Below, one piece after another: positions 42,070 through 52,259 of a stretch of DNA of 64,000 nt. How positions within the stretch are numbered: the stretch's first letter is position 1; each line of letters starts with the position of its first letter. Source of the stretch: a virus; IMG/VR virus record IMGVR_UViG_3300027759_000056, positions 1 to 64,000 of that record; one strand, given 5' to 3'. Under the pieces are notes generated by a model. The model saw only the letters and a program-made list of their open reading frames with translations. It was not told where the DNA came from and ran no database searches. The translations under genes were made by a program, and so were the position numbers.

Positions 42070-42378
42070 ATGGAAGTTAGGGAAATAATAGAAACCACAA
42101 TCAAAGAACCGATTATTGAGGTTAAGTTTAGATTAGCAACAGATAGTGATGAAGTGATGAGAACCGTTGAATTTCAATTGGACGAGATTGAAGAATATGG
42201 TTATAATGTTCTTACAGAAGATTTTGATTTATTTGACATTGATGATGATTGGGAGGATGAAGATTTTGATTATATGGAAGATGAAGACGAGTTAAATGTT
42301 GATGAGGATGAATTAATATCATTTATGAATGAATATTTTCTAATTAATGACCATGTCCCACCCGCAGAACTATTTTAA
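42070..42378 (+). CDS. acidic hypothetical protein
   Basis: 102 aa ORF. Confidence 0.65.
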   Translation: MEVREIIETTIKEPIIEVKFRLATDSDEVMRTVEFQLDEIEEYGYNVLTEDFDLFDIDDDWEDEDFDYMEDEDELNVDEDELISFMNEYFLINDHVPPAELF

Positions 42379-42393
42379 GTAGTATTTATAGAT

Positions 42394-42642
42394 ATGAACA
42401 TTAAAACAATTGATATGGATACATTGATTGATATATTCAATCAATTGGCAAAACAAAAAAATGAGTTTACTGAACAAGATGCTGCTGGAGGTGAATCCGC
42501 TGGTTCATCATCAGGCGGTAAAGTTCCACCAAAATGGGCCGATACTTACACAATTGCAAGAGGACCTGCAAATATGTTAGGAAAACAAGGTGAAAAATGG
42601 GATACTGGTCTAAAAAGAGGTGCTGGTAATCAAATTTGGTAA
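42394..42642 (+). CDS. hypothetical protein
   Basis: RGPAN/RGAGN repeats; TATTTATA upstream. Confidence 0.6.
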   Translation: MNIKTIDMDTLIDIFNQLAKQKNEFTEQDAAGGESAGSSSGGKVPPKWADTYTIARGPANMLGKQGEKWDTGLKRGAGNQIW

Positions 42643-42662
42643 TTAAAAGATATTTATAACTT

Positions 42663-43916
42663 ATGGAAAACATTTATGATATGAAATTATCCCAAAATGG
42701 TAAATATATTTTAGCCAATGGAATGGTGTATGACATATCATTAGACGAATCAGTTTCAATAAACGACTTATCGTTTGGTTTTTGGTTTGATTTTATTAAA
42801 GAAAATTCAATATCATCTTTATTCAATAAAACAAAAACAACATTAGAAATTCAAAAAATTTTAAGAGAAACGGTTTATAATATTTCTGAAATATTTGATA
42901 CTGATAGTAAATTGAATGTTTTGATTGAATATGAAACAAAATTTGGAAATAATTTATTGATTGAGAGTGAGGAAAATTTATCATCAAAAATCAATGAAAC
43001 TTTTGATTTTGTAAAATCAAAATTATTATCGTATGGAATTTTAAGTGAACAAAGTTGGTGGGATAAGACTAAAAATTTTGTATCATCAACCGCAAAAAAA
43101 GTTAGTGATAAAATTTCAGGGGCTTGGAATTGGGTAAAAGAAAAAGGTGCTGGATGGTTCTTTGAGAACTTAAGAAGTGCATTGTTTAGTTGGGGTGGAG
43201 CTGCGGTTCAGGCGTTTTTATCTTCAGGGGCAACTGCTGGAATTGGAAATGTTGTTTTGGTTATAGTTTGGGGAGCAATGTTGGCTTATGACCTTTATTT
43301 GGCTGTAGGTGGAAATGTTAATTGGGTAAATTTAATTATTGATATAGTTGGTATTGCTACCACAGGACCTGGAGCCAAGATAGTTGGTGAGGCATTCAAA
43401 AAATTAGGTATTTTTGGAAAAAAACTTCCTTTAAATTCTATATTAGAAACCCTTTCAAAATCATCAATTGGTAAATGGTTTGTTGGTATTATTGAAATGG
43501 CGGTAAAAGGACTTTCAGGAATTGCTAATACATTAACTAAAGGAATTACGTGGTTAGCTGAAAAATTTGGAATTAATTTTACAAATAGTTCAGGTCAATT
43601 ACAAACATTTTTGAATAAAGCGGTTACTGATATATCATCAAGTCCTACTCTTAAAACAGTCGCGGGTAAAGTTGGACAAAAAGCCGGTAAGACATTAGTA
43701 AAAAATGTTGCATCTAAAGTTGGTAAAGCAGCATCAACAAAAGTTGGTCAAACTGCGGTGGCTGGAGGAGCCACATATGGAATAAACAAAAAAACGGGAG
43801 CAAACACTGAGGTACTTGGTGGAGCATTCAAAGATAAACCAAATCAAGAACAAGAACTATACGCATCTCTTGGTAATGTAAAATCAAGTGATTTTGTAGA
43901 TGGAGTTGATTTTTAA
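42663..43916 (+). CDS. large protein with hydrophobic hairpin (possible ejection protein)
   Basis: 417 aa; LxE sites; TM-like segments. Confidence 0.7.
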   Translation: MENIYDMKLSQNGKYILANGMVYDISLDESVSINDLSFGFWFDFIKENSISSLFNKTKTTLEIQKILRETVYNISEIFDTDSKLNVLIEYETKFGNNLLIESEENLSSKINETFDFVKSKLLSYGILSEQSWWDKTKNFVSSTAKKVSDKISGAWNWVKEKGAGWFFENLRSALFSWGGAAVQAFLSSGATAGIGNVVLVIVWGAMLAYDLYLAVGGNVNWVNLIIDIVGIATTGPGAKIVGEAFKKLGIFGKKLPLNSILETLSKSSIGKWFVGIIEMAVKGLSGIANTLTKGITWLAEKFGINFTNSSGQLQTFLNKAVTDISSSPTLKTVAGKVGQKAGKTLVKNVASKVGKAASTKVGQTAVAGGATYGINKKTGANTEVLGGAFKDKPNQEQELYASLGNVKSSDFVDGVDF

Positions 43917-43921
43917 TATAT

Positions 43922-46042
43922 ATGAAAAACGAAATACTAAATGAAGGACAATTAGCTTTGGAAAAAGCACTTTTGATGATGAAATATGATTCAAAAGATA
44001 CTCTAAGTGAAAATTTAGAAAAAATAAATTTAAGTGAACAAGTTCAATCATTACTTGGAGCGGCTGAACGTGGATTAAGTAATGCTGCTGCAACTGAGAT
44101 TAAAACTGTTTTACAAAATCTTAGAAAACCACTACAAACTATTGATGGAGTTGTTTTATCAAATGGTGACGATGTGGTAAAGGCATTAAAGGCTGGTAAA
44201 CTTGCCGATGATGGTATCAGAAGTATTAGAACTGCACTTTTGAAAAGTACGACTAACCCAAAAATAAGAACAAAATTAATTGATTCATTATTGGAGAACC
44301 CACAAGTTCTTTCAAAATATGCAGGAAAAACTGAAAATCAAATTAAAGCGGCTTTTAAGAAATTGGGTTATAGTGATGAAGCAGCACTTGAAACCGCAAC
44401 AAAAATAGTAAACAAAAGTGCTGGTGGAGTTGGAGCTGGGGCTGGAGCCGCAGCAAATACCACGGTTAACGCATCAAAATTAGCATCACTTTATTCAAGT
44501 GTAAAAGGGTTAAAATGGAAAGGTCTTCCAAGAATTGTAAGATGGGGTTTAACAGGTGCTGGGTTATATGCGGCATATAGATATTTTATCCATGAAGAAG
44601 AATTGTTTCCACAATGTTTAGAAAAGAAAATACCTGATAATTTATTATCAGATGCCTTAAAAAACAAAAGTGTGATTATTAAGTCTACAGGTAATAGACA
44701 AATTGATACTTTAGGTGGTTTGAAATTTTATTTAGATTCAAACAAAGTATCATCTGTTAATGGTTCTTATACTGGTACGTATAGTTGTGATGGTGATAAT
44801 TTAATGAGTGATATTGGTGGAAGTGAATTTATTGTTACCGGTTCAGTAGTTGGTTCAGGTTTAGCTTCCGCAGCAGCACCCGCAACAGCTTCCGCAGCAG
44901 CACCCGCAACAGCTTCCGCAGCAGCACCCGCAACAAAAGTGGCCCCAATTACTGATACAAAATTATTAAATACGTTAAAATTCGATTATGAGTTTCCGGG
45001 TGATAAAGGATACACATACGCATTTGTTCCAACAGTAACTGAAGATACCTCAACTCAAAGTGGAACATGGTATGCTAAAAGTAACAAAACGGGTAAAGTA
45101 TTCGATATTACTAAAAACTATCCACAAACAGCTGAAAAATTAAATACACAATTTCCAAATGCGGCTACAACTGGAAGTCAAACAACTCAAACATCAAATG
45201 AGTCAAATAAAACAACAACCGCAGCTGATGACGTATCTTCAATACAAGGTAAAAAACTTGAGGTTCAGTCTGTGAGTCCTGATTTACAAACACCAAAAAA
45301 TATTAATTTAGCAACAACTATGAATCCAAATACAAATAATTCAGATAAAATTGGTCCTAAAACCGAAAGTCTAAAAAAATCATTAAAGAAAAATTTAATT
45401 GAAGCGAAAGAAAATAAAGAAAACTTAATGGTTGAAACAAATATAGTTGAAAAACGTTTTAACTTTATTGTTGAAGGTAAAACTTTTAATAATTTAGAAG
45501 ACCAAAATAATTTAGTTGAATCTGTAATTTCTGAAATAGGGTACTTAAAGAATCAAGGATATACCTCAAAAGCAATCAATGAAGGTTTATTCTCAATGTT
45601 AAGTAGTTTATTAGGTGGTGGAGCTCAAGCGGTACCAGCGGTATTTGGTGAATACATAGCAAATTGGATAACAGGTAAATTACAAATACCAAAAAATAGT
45701 TATATGAACGGTGTTATTGTCGCGTTGATTGGTAACTTGAATATTGCGGATTATGATAGATTCTTCAGTGATTGCAGATTCGCATCAAATAAAATTGCTG
45801 ACTCGTTAATTGAGGGTTATTTAGTTCAGTTACAAAATCAAAAGGATGTTAATTCAGGAGCTTCAGGATTTATTGTGTCGGCATTAAGAAACTCAGTTGT
45901 TGATTATTTTGCTGAAGATAAAAATTCATTAATACAAATATTAGAGGACAAAATTGGTGAATTCCTTTGTCCAAAACTATCAAAACTTTCAGGAATAATT
46001 GGTGATAAGGCCAATGAAATGAAAGCTAAAGTGGTAGCATAA
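43922..46042 (+). CDS. large virion-like protein
   Basis: 706 aa; LxE sites; ASAAAPAT x3. Confidence 0.75.
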   Translation: MKNEILNEGQLALEKALLMMKYDSKDTLSENLEKINLSEQVQSLLGAAERGLSNAAATEIKTVLQNLRKPLQTIDGVVLSNGDDVVKALKAGKLADDGIRSIRTALLKSTTNPKIRTKLIDSLLENPQVLSKYAGKTENQIKAAFKKLGYSDEAALETATKIVNKSAGGVGAGAGAAANTTVNASKLASLYSSVKGLKWKGLPRIVRWGLTGAGLYAAYRYFIHEEELFPQCLEKKIPDNLLSDALKNKSVIIKSTGNRQIDTLGGLKFYLDSNKVSSVNGSYTGTYSCDGDNLMSDIGGSEFIVTGSVVGSGLASAAAPATASAAAPATASAAAPATKVAPITDTKLLNTLKFDYEFPGDKGYTYAFVPTVTEDTSTQSGTWYAKSNKTGKVFDITKNYPQTAEKLNTQFPNAATTGSQTTQTSNESNKTTTAADDVSSIQGKKLEVQSVSPDLQTPKNINLATTMNPNTNNSDKIGPKTESLKKSLKKNLIEAKENKENLMVETNIVEKRFNFIVEGKTFNNLEDQNNLVESVISEIGYLKNQGYTSKAINEGLFSMLSSLLGGGAQAVPAVFGEYIANWITGKLQIPKNSYMNGVIVALIGNLNIADYDRFFSDCRFASNKIADSLIEGYLVQLQNQKDVNSGASGFIVSALRNSVVDYFAEDKNSLIQILEDKIGEFLCPKLSKLSGIIGDKANEMKAKVVA
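44864..44935 (+). repeat. 3 x 24-bp coding tandem repeat
   Basis: gcttccgcagcagcacccgcaaca. Confidence 0.8.
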
Positions 46043-46107
46043 GAGATTTCCAAGGTAAGACTTGTAAATATAAATCACTTAATCAAAAGGGGGTGTTTTC
46101 AAAACCA

Positions 46108-46133
46108 AAGGGTTCCGTAAGGAACCCTTTTTT
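46108..46133. terminator. terminator between convergent genes
   Basis: aagggttcc-gtaa-ggaaccctttttt. Confidence 0.8.
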
Positions 46134-46138
46134 GTTGG

Positions 46139-46816
46139 TTATTTTTTCTCTTTTCTAACTACAATCTCATCAATAATTCCGTATTCTAATGCATCATTTG
46201 CACTTAACCACAAATCACGACTTGAGTCTTTCATAACTTGTTTTGCTGTTTTACCACAATACCCACCTAACAAATCAAAAAGAATTTGGTTAATTTTTTT
46301 CCACTCAACCATATCAATTTCTGCGTCTTGAATGTTTCCACGGAACCCACCTGAAGATTGGTGTAACATTGTTCTTGAAAACCTCAAAGATGAACGTTTA
46401 CCTTTGGTACCAGCACCTAATAATACTGAACCCATTGACGCTGCCATACCAGTGTTAACTGTACGAATATCACAACGTATATAATCCATAACATCAACCA
46501 TAGACAAACCTGACTTTACTGAACCACCAGGACTGTCAATATGCATTGTAATGTCTGAACCTTCAACAGAATCCAAATACATTAACTGTGCTTGAACTAC
46601 CGTTGACATATTATCATCAACAGGTCCCGCAACCCATAATAATCTTTCCCTCATTAAACGAGAAAAGATATCCATTTGGGTAACCCTCATTTCTCTTTCT
46701 TCAAGAATGTAGGGTGTCATCGAATTCTCAATTCGTTGATTGTAATAATGTAAATCTAATGAACCTTTACCAAGATGCTTGGTGTAGTAACTTTGAAACT
46801 CTTTTGTAGTATCCAT
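46139..46816 (-). CDS. clpP: ATP-dependent Clp protease proteolytic subunit
   Basis: MDIFSRL..IDSPGGSV..GMAASMG..MLHQ..RD.W.SA..A.EYG. Confidence 0.95.
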   Translation of the reverse strand: MDTTKEFQSYYTKHLGKGSLDLHYYNQRIENSMTPYILEEREMRVTQMDIFSRLMRERLLWVAGPVDDNMSTVVQAQLMYLDSVEGSDITMHIDSPGGSVKSGLSMVDVMDYIRCDIRTVNTGMAASMGSVLLGAGTKGKRSSLRFSRTMLHQSSGGFRGNIQDAEIDMVEWKKINQILFDLLGGYCGKTAKQVMKDSSRDLWLSANDALEYGIIDEIVVRKEKK

Positions 46817-46837
46817 ATTTTATTTTGTATAATTTAG

Positions 46838-46922
46838 TACCGATGGCCGGAGTCGAACCGGCACGGACCTTACAGTCCACAGGATTTTAAGTCCTGCGTG
46901 GCTACCTTTTCACCACATCGGC
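46838..46922 (-). tRNA. tRNA-Leu(TAA)
   Basis: CAGGA-CTTAAAA-TCCTG; long variable arm. Confidence 0.93.
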
Positions 46923-46954
46923 ATTGTTATACAAATATAAGAACTATTTTTTAA

Positions 46955-47446
46955 TTAAACAAATGATTGTTTGTAATCAGACCACAATACTTCAACTTCT
47001 GAACTTATAATAGATGAAAAAACAGTTGGTTCATAAACTCTGTATCTCATTTTCATATTTGCTTCTTCAGGTGTCTTGTTGGCCTTTTTCAAATTACAAG
47101 AAGAACAACATGTTACCAAGTTAGTCCAACTGTTTTTTCCATCACGTGAACGAGGTATGATATGGTCAATTGTTAAATTTTTTTCACTTCCACAATAAAC
47201 ACATTGGTTGTTATCTCTTTTATAGATACGTTTTCTATTTAACCTAACACCTCGTGTTTTAAATCTAACATATGACAATAAACGAATTATTAATGGTTTA
47301 ACATAATTTTTAACTGATGATGATATTTTTTGAGAGTCTTGTTTTAAAACCTCAGCCTTTCCTTTTATGACCAATACAAATCCCTTACGAACCGAAGTTA
47401 CGTTCAAAGGTGTGTAGTCTGAGTTTAATACTAATACTTTATCCAT
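46955..47446 (-). CDS. HNH endonuclease (McrA-like)
   Basis: VLVLN..RD..CVYCG..LTIDHIIPRSR..W.NLVTCC..CN.KK. Confidence 0.88.
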   Translation of the reverse strand: MDKVLVLNSDYTPLNVTSVRKGFVLVIKGKAEVLKQDSQKISSSVKNYVKPLIIRLLSYVRFKTRGVRLNRKRIYKRDNNQCVYCGSEKNLTIDHIIPRSRDGKNSWTNLVTCCSSCNLKKANKTPEEANMKMRYRVYEPTVFSSIISSEVEVLWSDYKQSFV

Positions 47447-47482
47447 TTCAATATGTTTTACAAATTTACAAAATTTATGTGT

Positions 47483-47637
47483 AAAAAAAAAGTCCTGATT
47501 TCTCAGGACCCTTCTAAACACGTTTATTATCTTTTTCGGCGTTTCAAAAGGGTCATAGGTTTATCAAACAATAACGATGGCGTACCGTTAAGATACACAA
47601 TCTCTGTTTGCCCAATATTCATTGCCGTACAATTCAT
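47483..47637 (-). promoter_or_regulatory. putative attenuator 3: 36-aa leader ORF 47637..47527, antiterminator and terminator 47483..47511
   Basis: MNCTAMNIGQTEIVYLNGTPSLLFDKPMTLLKRRKR*; GACCCTT pairs with AAGGGTC in the terminator 5' arm. Confidence 0.55.
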
Positions 47638-47697
47638 CTACACATAAATAGGTGTAAATGTTGAAAAAGTCAAATATTTTGTTTATCTTTCTATCAT

Positions 47698-48051
47698 ATG
47701 AATATTAACTTAAAGTATTTTCTACTAACTTGTTTGTTTTTTTTATTAGGTCAAACTGGTGTGTGGTTCCAACTAAATGCACAATTTATGTGGGATTGGG
47801 CAAAAAAGAATCCATTGGCTATGTCGTTTGTTGGTGTGCCGTTCACATATCTTTTTATATTAGCCACAGGTTATGGTGAAAAAGCATTTATGGGATTAAT
47901 GTGGCCACAAAGATTTTTAGGATTCTCAATTGGTATTGTAATCTACGCAATTTTAACATATTTTTTCTTAAACCAAGGTATGACACCTAAAACATGGGTT
48001 AGTTTGACTTTGGCAATTATGATTATTATAATTCAAGTAATATTTAATTAA
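47698..48051 (+). CDS. 4-TM membrane protein
   Basis: four hydrophobic helices. Confidence 0.7.
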   Translation: MNINLKYFLLTCLFFLLGQTGVWFQLNAQFMWDWAKKNPLAMSFVGVPFTYLFILATGYGEKAFMGLMWPQRFLGFSIGIVIYAILTYFFLNQGMTPKTWVSLTLAIMIIIIQVIFN

Positions 48052-48253
48052 AGTTATGGCATATTGTATTGTAAAATTGATGAAAACTAATAATGGTGTT
48101 GAAATACCTGTTATATTATTGGATAACCACGATGAGGTTTGGGAATTTGATGATGTGGATATTGCCATTAAAATGTCTGAAATTTTAACAAAGAATTCTG
48201 ATTCGGGATATAGATATTTCGTAAAGAAAGTTTAACTTTGTGAAATAATAAAT

Positions 48254-48327
48254 GCCTTCGTAGCTCAGCTGGATAGAGCAACTGCCTTCTAAGCAGTAGG
48301 TCACAGGTTCGAATCCTGTCGGGGGTA
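48254..48327 (+). tRNA. tRNA-Arg(TCT)
   Basis: ACTGC-CTTCTAA-GCAGT. Confidence 0.93.
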
Positions 48328-48462
48328 CAAAATGAAATTTTGGAATAAAGACGAATGGCAAGGTAGGTCCAAAGAACAAGTGGAAAGCTATTATAGAAAT
48401 ATTGGTACCGTAACAACAATTGCGGTTTTATCATTTTGTTTGGTAAGTTTTATCATTTCAAT

Positions 48463-48816
48463 ATGGCACATCCTTTAATTCACGCAAAATCTTCTGCTAA
48501 AAAGTTTGGTGGAAAATTTGAAGATTACATTCATTTACACGATTGGTTAGATGAAACAAAGGCATGGGTGGGACATTCAAATCATAGAATGTTTCGTCAT
48601 CACTCAGAAGGTATTTTTGAGATGGAAAAAATATTTGGTAAATCATTTATTAATAGCGATGGTAAAACAGTTTACACCAGATATGTTGGTGAACAACACA
48701 TAAAAGAAGATTGTTTTAATTACATCCCAACAGCAAAAGATTGGATTGATGCTTTACAGGCTGAAAAGAAACCAATGTGGATGATAAGAACATTGGACCT
48801 CAAAGTTGATGATTGA
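48463..48816 (+). CDS. DUF6915-like protein
   Basis: MAHP..HA.SS..GG..EDY..HDW.D..HR..RHH.EG. Confidence 0.7.
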   Translation: MAHPLIHAKSSAKKFGGKFEDYIHLHDWLDETKAWVGHSNHRMFRHHSEGIFEMEKIFGKSFINSDGKTVYTRYVGEQHIKEDCFNYIPTAKDWIDALQAEKKPMWMIRTLDLKVDD

Positions 48817-48827
48817 TATTTATTATT

Positions 48828-49502
48828 ATGACTCCCAAACAAAAATCAATTTTTGAATTAGTTAGTAAATACGCATCTTCTCGTGGTTGTGAGTATCTTG
48901 AGATGGATGTTGACCCTTGGAATTTCACACCATATAACGGTAGAAATTTTGGTTGTGGAACTGAAAGACATGAAAATCCGCAAAAATTACCATTTGACAT
49001 AAGTGATATGATTACAGAATATGTTGGTGAAAATGCTTCAGATATTGATGAAGATAATTTGAGTGGGTTAAGTTTTAGATTATATCCCCAAACAAGGACA
49101 ATTACTATTAGTGGAACTTATCAAGAAGTTGTTGACGGACCTTTAGATGAAACTGAAAAAAGTGAAGAAGATGATGAAATTCTAAAAGAGATTATGGATT
49201 ATCTTAAAAACGAAGACATATATCCATTTGCGGAAGTTGAGTTTAGTGGTGCTGGTGATGATGGATATATTGAAGATAACTTATATGTTGATGCAGGTTC
49301 AAAACCACAAAGAAAAGTAGGTGATGTTCCAGGGTTAGAGGATTATTTATATGACATGTTAAATGTGTATGGTGGTTGGATGAATGATGAAGGTTCTTTT
49401 GGAAATTTCATGATTGACTCAAGAGCGGGTACAATTACATTAAAATTTACTTGGAATGAATATGCGTATGAAGATGTTGTATTCCATCAAGAAGAATTTT
49501 AA
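48828..49502 (+). CDS. DUF6878-like protein
   Basis: VEFSGAGDDG..GW..DEG..G; usual partner of DUF6915. Confidence 0.6.
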   Translation: MTPKQKSIFELVSKYASSRGCEYLEMDVDPWNFTPYNGRNFGCGTERHENPQKLPFDISDMITEYVGENASDIDEDNLSGLSFRLYPQTRTITISGTYQEVVDGPLDETEKSEEDDEILKEIMDYLKNEDIYPFAEVEFSGAGDDGYIEDNLYVDAGSKPQRKVGDVPGLEDYLYDMLNVYGGWMNDEGSFGNFMIDSRAGTITLKFTWNEYAYEDVVFHQEEF

Positions 49503-49505
49503 CCT

Positions 49506-50132
49506 ATGTCAGTTCTAAACCACAACATACCAAGTTTTAAGGCTTTAGTCCGCAAATCACATTTTACAAAAAACGAATCTGATTTTGAAACATTCTTAAA
49601 TGTTTATTGTTTTGGAATTCAATCTGTTAATGGAAAGATTTTAACTTTTCATGTTATGACAGATGATGGTATGGTAAGAAGTCGTGTACCAATGTCAGAA
49701 ATATTCACAAAACCCCCCACCAATGATATTCCTTTTCATTTCAAACAATTATGGGATTGTTTTTCAGAAAATGTTAGTGTTATAGAATATGATTTTCTTA
49801 AGGGTCATAAAGTTCAAGTTGCCTTAAGAGACGGTAATAAAGTTTGGGGGACCTATATGTTTACTGTGGATTGGTATAACAATCCGTTTAGTGATGAGCC
49901 GTCAGATTATAAGTGTGGACACATCTTCAGTGCTGATGATGGTTACTTGATGTGTCAACCAAATAACAGAATATTTTGGAAAGATTCAAATTGGGTTACC
50001 AAGGGGTTACCTGAAAACCTAAAACAATTCAAAGTAGATACCGAATTACCATCTGTAGAAAATGTTAGTGATAGATGGGTGTCTGAAGATTCCGATAGTT
50101 TTTATTACGATATTTCTTTGATTAAAGAATAA
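49506..50132 (+). CDS. conserved phage hypothetical protein
   Basis: QLWDCF..Y.FTVDW..K.GH..QPNNRI. Confidence 0.7.
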   Translation: MSVLNHNIPSFKALVRKSHFTKNESDFETFLNVYCFGIQSVNGKILTFHVMTDDGMVRSRVPMSEIFTKPPTNDIPFHFKQLWDCFSENVSVIEYDFLKGHKVQVALRDGNKVWGTYMFTVDWYNNPFSDEPSDYKCGHIFSADDGYLMCQPNNRIFWKDSNWVTKGLPENLKQFKVDTELPSVENVSDRWVSEDSDSFYYDISLIKE

Positions 50133-50151
50133 TCTTCATTACCTTTGCTTT

Positions 50152-50715
50152 ATGAAAGTTATATTTTTGGACCACGATGGTGTTATATGTCTATCTGACA
50201 ATTGGGGTAATCGTTTCAAAAAACAAAAAGAGTGGGGCGGTCGTAAATTATCTATGGGTTTGAATGAAATCCCGTTGGAGTATCGTTTTGACAATTTTGA
50301 TAAAAAAGCGATTAAAGTACTTAATGAAATCTTAGAGGAAACAGATGCCGAAATTGTTGTGTCTTCAGATTGGAAGAAATGGGCAACAGTTGAAGAGATG
50401 GGAGAATATTACGAATCACAGGGTATTATCAAAAAACCAATTGCGTTTACTGACTCTATTTTATATGATGACTATGAGAATTTTCCATGGCATAACAAAT
50501 GGGAGTCAGAACAAACTCGTAGTTTGGAGATTGCACAATATCTTGGTCAGAATCCTGTAATTACACATTGGGTGGCAATAGATGATTTGAATATGTCATT
50601 GAGAGAGATAGATGATACATCTTGGGGATTGAAGAACTTTGTATTAACTCCTGTAAATAATGAAGGGATTAAACAAACGGGTATAAAAGAAAAAGTATTG
50701 GAATATTTATTATAA
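50152..50715 (+). CDS. HAD-family phosphatase (RNA-repair-associated HAD type)
   Basis: FLDHDGV..IVVSSDW..WVAIDD. Confidence 0.75.
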   Translation: MKVIFLDHDGVICLSDNWGNRFKKQKEWGGRKLSMGLNEIPLEYRFDNFDKKAIKVLNEILEETDAEIVVSSDWKKWATVEEMGEYYESQGIIKKPIAFTDSILYDDYENFPWHNKWESEQTRSLEIAQYLGQNPVITHWVAIDDLNMSLREIDDTSWGLKNFVLTPVNNEGIKQTGIKEKVLEYLL

Positions 50716-51972
50716 ATGAGAAAAGTTTCTAAACAAAACATTAAAGAAGCTGTTGGTGTTCCAGCAAACATTGAAGTTGCATCACAGAATTTATATAATG
50801 ACATTGCAAAAAAATTAAAGAATAAAGAAATTGGTCCTGAGGATGTTGTTAAATTCAAATTTATTAACAAAGATGGTAGATATTCATTTGGAGATTTTAA
50901 TCCAAATTTTATAACCGCTGAGTTCGGTTTAGGTACTTATTCTGGTGATGCCATAGATAATAGTACCGGAAATAAAATAACGGGTGGGTTGGTTCACAGT
51001 ATGGGATTTTCAAAACAATCAAAATTAAATGATGTATTTGATTTGGTTAGTGTGGATGATGATGGTGGTATTGAATTAAATATTGATTATGCTCAACCTA
51101 ATGATGATGAAGAGTGGTCAGGGAATAAAATTTTGGACACAATGGAAAAAAACAAGTCCAATAGTATATCATCATTGGGGCATGAATTAAAACATGCTTA
51201 CGACAACTACAAAAAGCCGGTAGAAAAATTGGTTGATAGAAGCAATTATGCTGGATTTCAAAGGTCAAGGTCAGGAGTACGACCAATGGACCAATTTATG
51301 TTCAATATGTATTTTATAAATCAAATTGAAAATTTGGTTAGACCAACTGAATCATATGTTGAAATGGTTTCTGATGGTGTTGTAACAAAAGAACAATTCT
51401 TAAAGTTTTTGTTAAATTCAAAAACATATAAAACTTTGGTGCAAATACGTGACAGTTCATTTGATAATTTGGTTGAAGACTTAAAAGGTTACGAAACTGA
51501 AATTGATGATTACTTAAATAACACAGTTGATGATTATGATTCATCTTCATTAGACATTGATGATAAGGTAAAATACTTTCTAAAAGTATTTGCATTCGTA
51601 ACAGCACAAAAGGTTCACGAAGTAAGAAAACAAATGGTTTCTCCAAATATTTTTCAAATGTTATTTAGTAGTAGTTTATTTGGTGGTAATGATGAGGCTG
51701 ATAAATTTTTAGAAAGTACTTTAGGTGATTTAACCAAAATGATGGACAATCCAAATAAGTTTTACTACACTTCAATTGAAAACATGAAAAAAATTGCAAT
51801 TAAAATGATGAAAAAATTGTCAAAACTATACTCTTTAATTAACAAAGACAAAACAATCACTGTTGAAACAAGAGACCCTATGAGTTTTGAGATGGACCAA
51901 TTGATGAGAAAAACTCAAAAACCAAGAAAGATTGATACCAAGTTGGATGAAAGATTTACCAAAAAAAAATAA
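50716..51972 (+). CDS. hypothetical protein with HExxH motif
   Basis: GHELKHAYD. Confidence 0.7.
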   Translation: MRKVSKQNIKEAVGVPANIEVASQNLYNDIAKKLKNKEIGPEDVVKFKFINKDGRYSFGDFNPNFITAEFGLGTYSGDAIDNSTGNKITGGLVHSMGFSKQSKLNDVFDLVSVDDDGGIELNIDYAQPNDDEEWSGNKILDTMEKNKSNSISSLGHELKHAYDNYKKPVEKLVDRSNYAGFQRSRSGVRPMDQFMFNMYFINQIENLVRPTESYVEMVSDGVVTKEQFLKFLLNSKTYKTLVQIRDSSFDNLVEDLKGYETEIDDYLNNTVDDYDSSSLDIDDKVKYFLKVFAFVTAQKVHEVRKQMVSPNIFQMLFSSSLFGGNDEADKFLESTLGDLTKMMDNPNKFYYTSIENMKKIAIKMMKKLSKLYSLINKDKTITVETRDPMSFEMDQLMRKTQKPRKIDTKLDERFTKKK

Positions 51973-51973
51973 T

Positions 51974-52210
51974 ATGATTACAATGGAAGACTTAAAAGAT
52001 TTTGACTTCACAAATGATAGTAAGGTTGAATTTATGACCAAACCAGGTTTTGTAGAAAAACGTATTCAACAAATGATTCAAATTGGTGCGAATGAAGAGT
52101 ATGAAAAATACAGTGAAGGAATGAGTGATGATGACATTGCAAAATGGAAAGAAGGGTTTGTAGTCGGAGCAAACTGGTTATTAAAAAATAAAAACGAAAA
52201 AAATATTTGA
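51974..52210 (+). CDS. hypothetical protein
   Basis: start refined to MITMED. Confidence 0.55.
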   Translation: MITMEDLKDFDFTNDSKVEFMTKPGFVEKRIQQMIQIGANEEYEKYSEGMSDDDIAKWKEGFVVGANWLLKNKNEKNI

Positions 52211-52259
52211 CATATCAATAAACTTTTGTATCTTTGTACCATATTTAATACTAAACACA

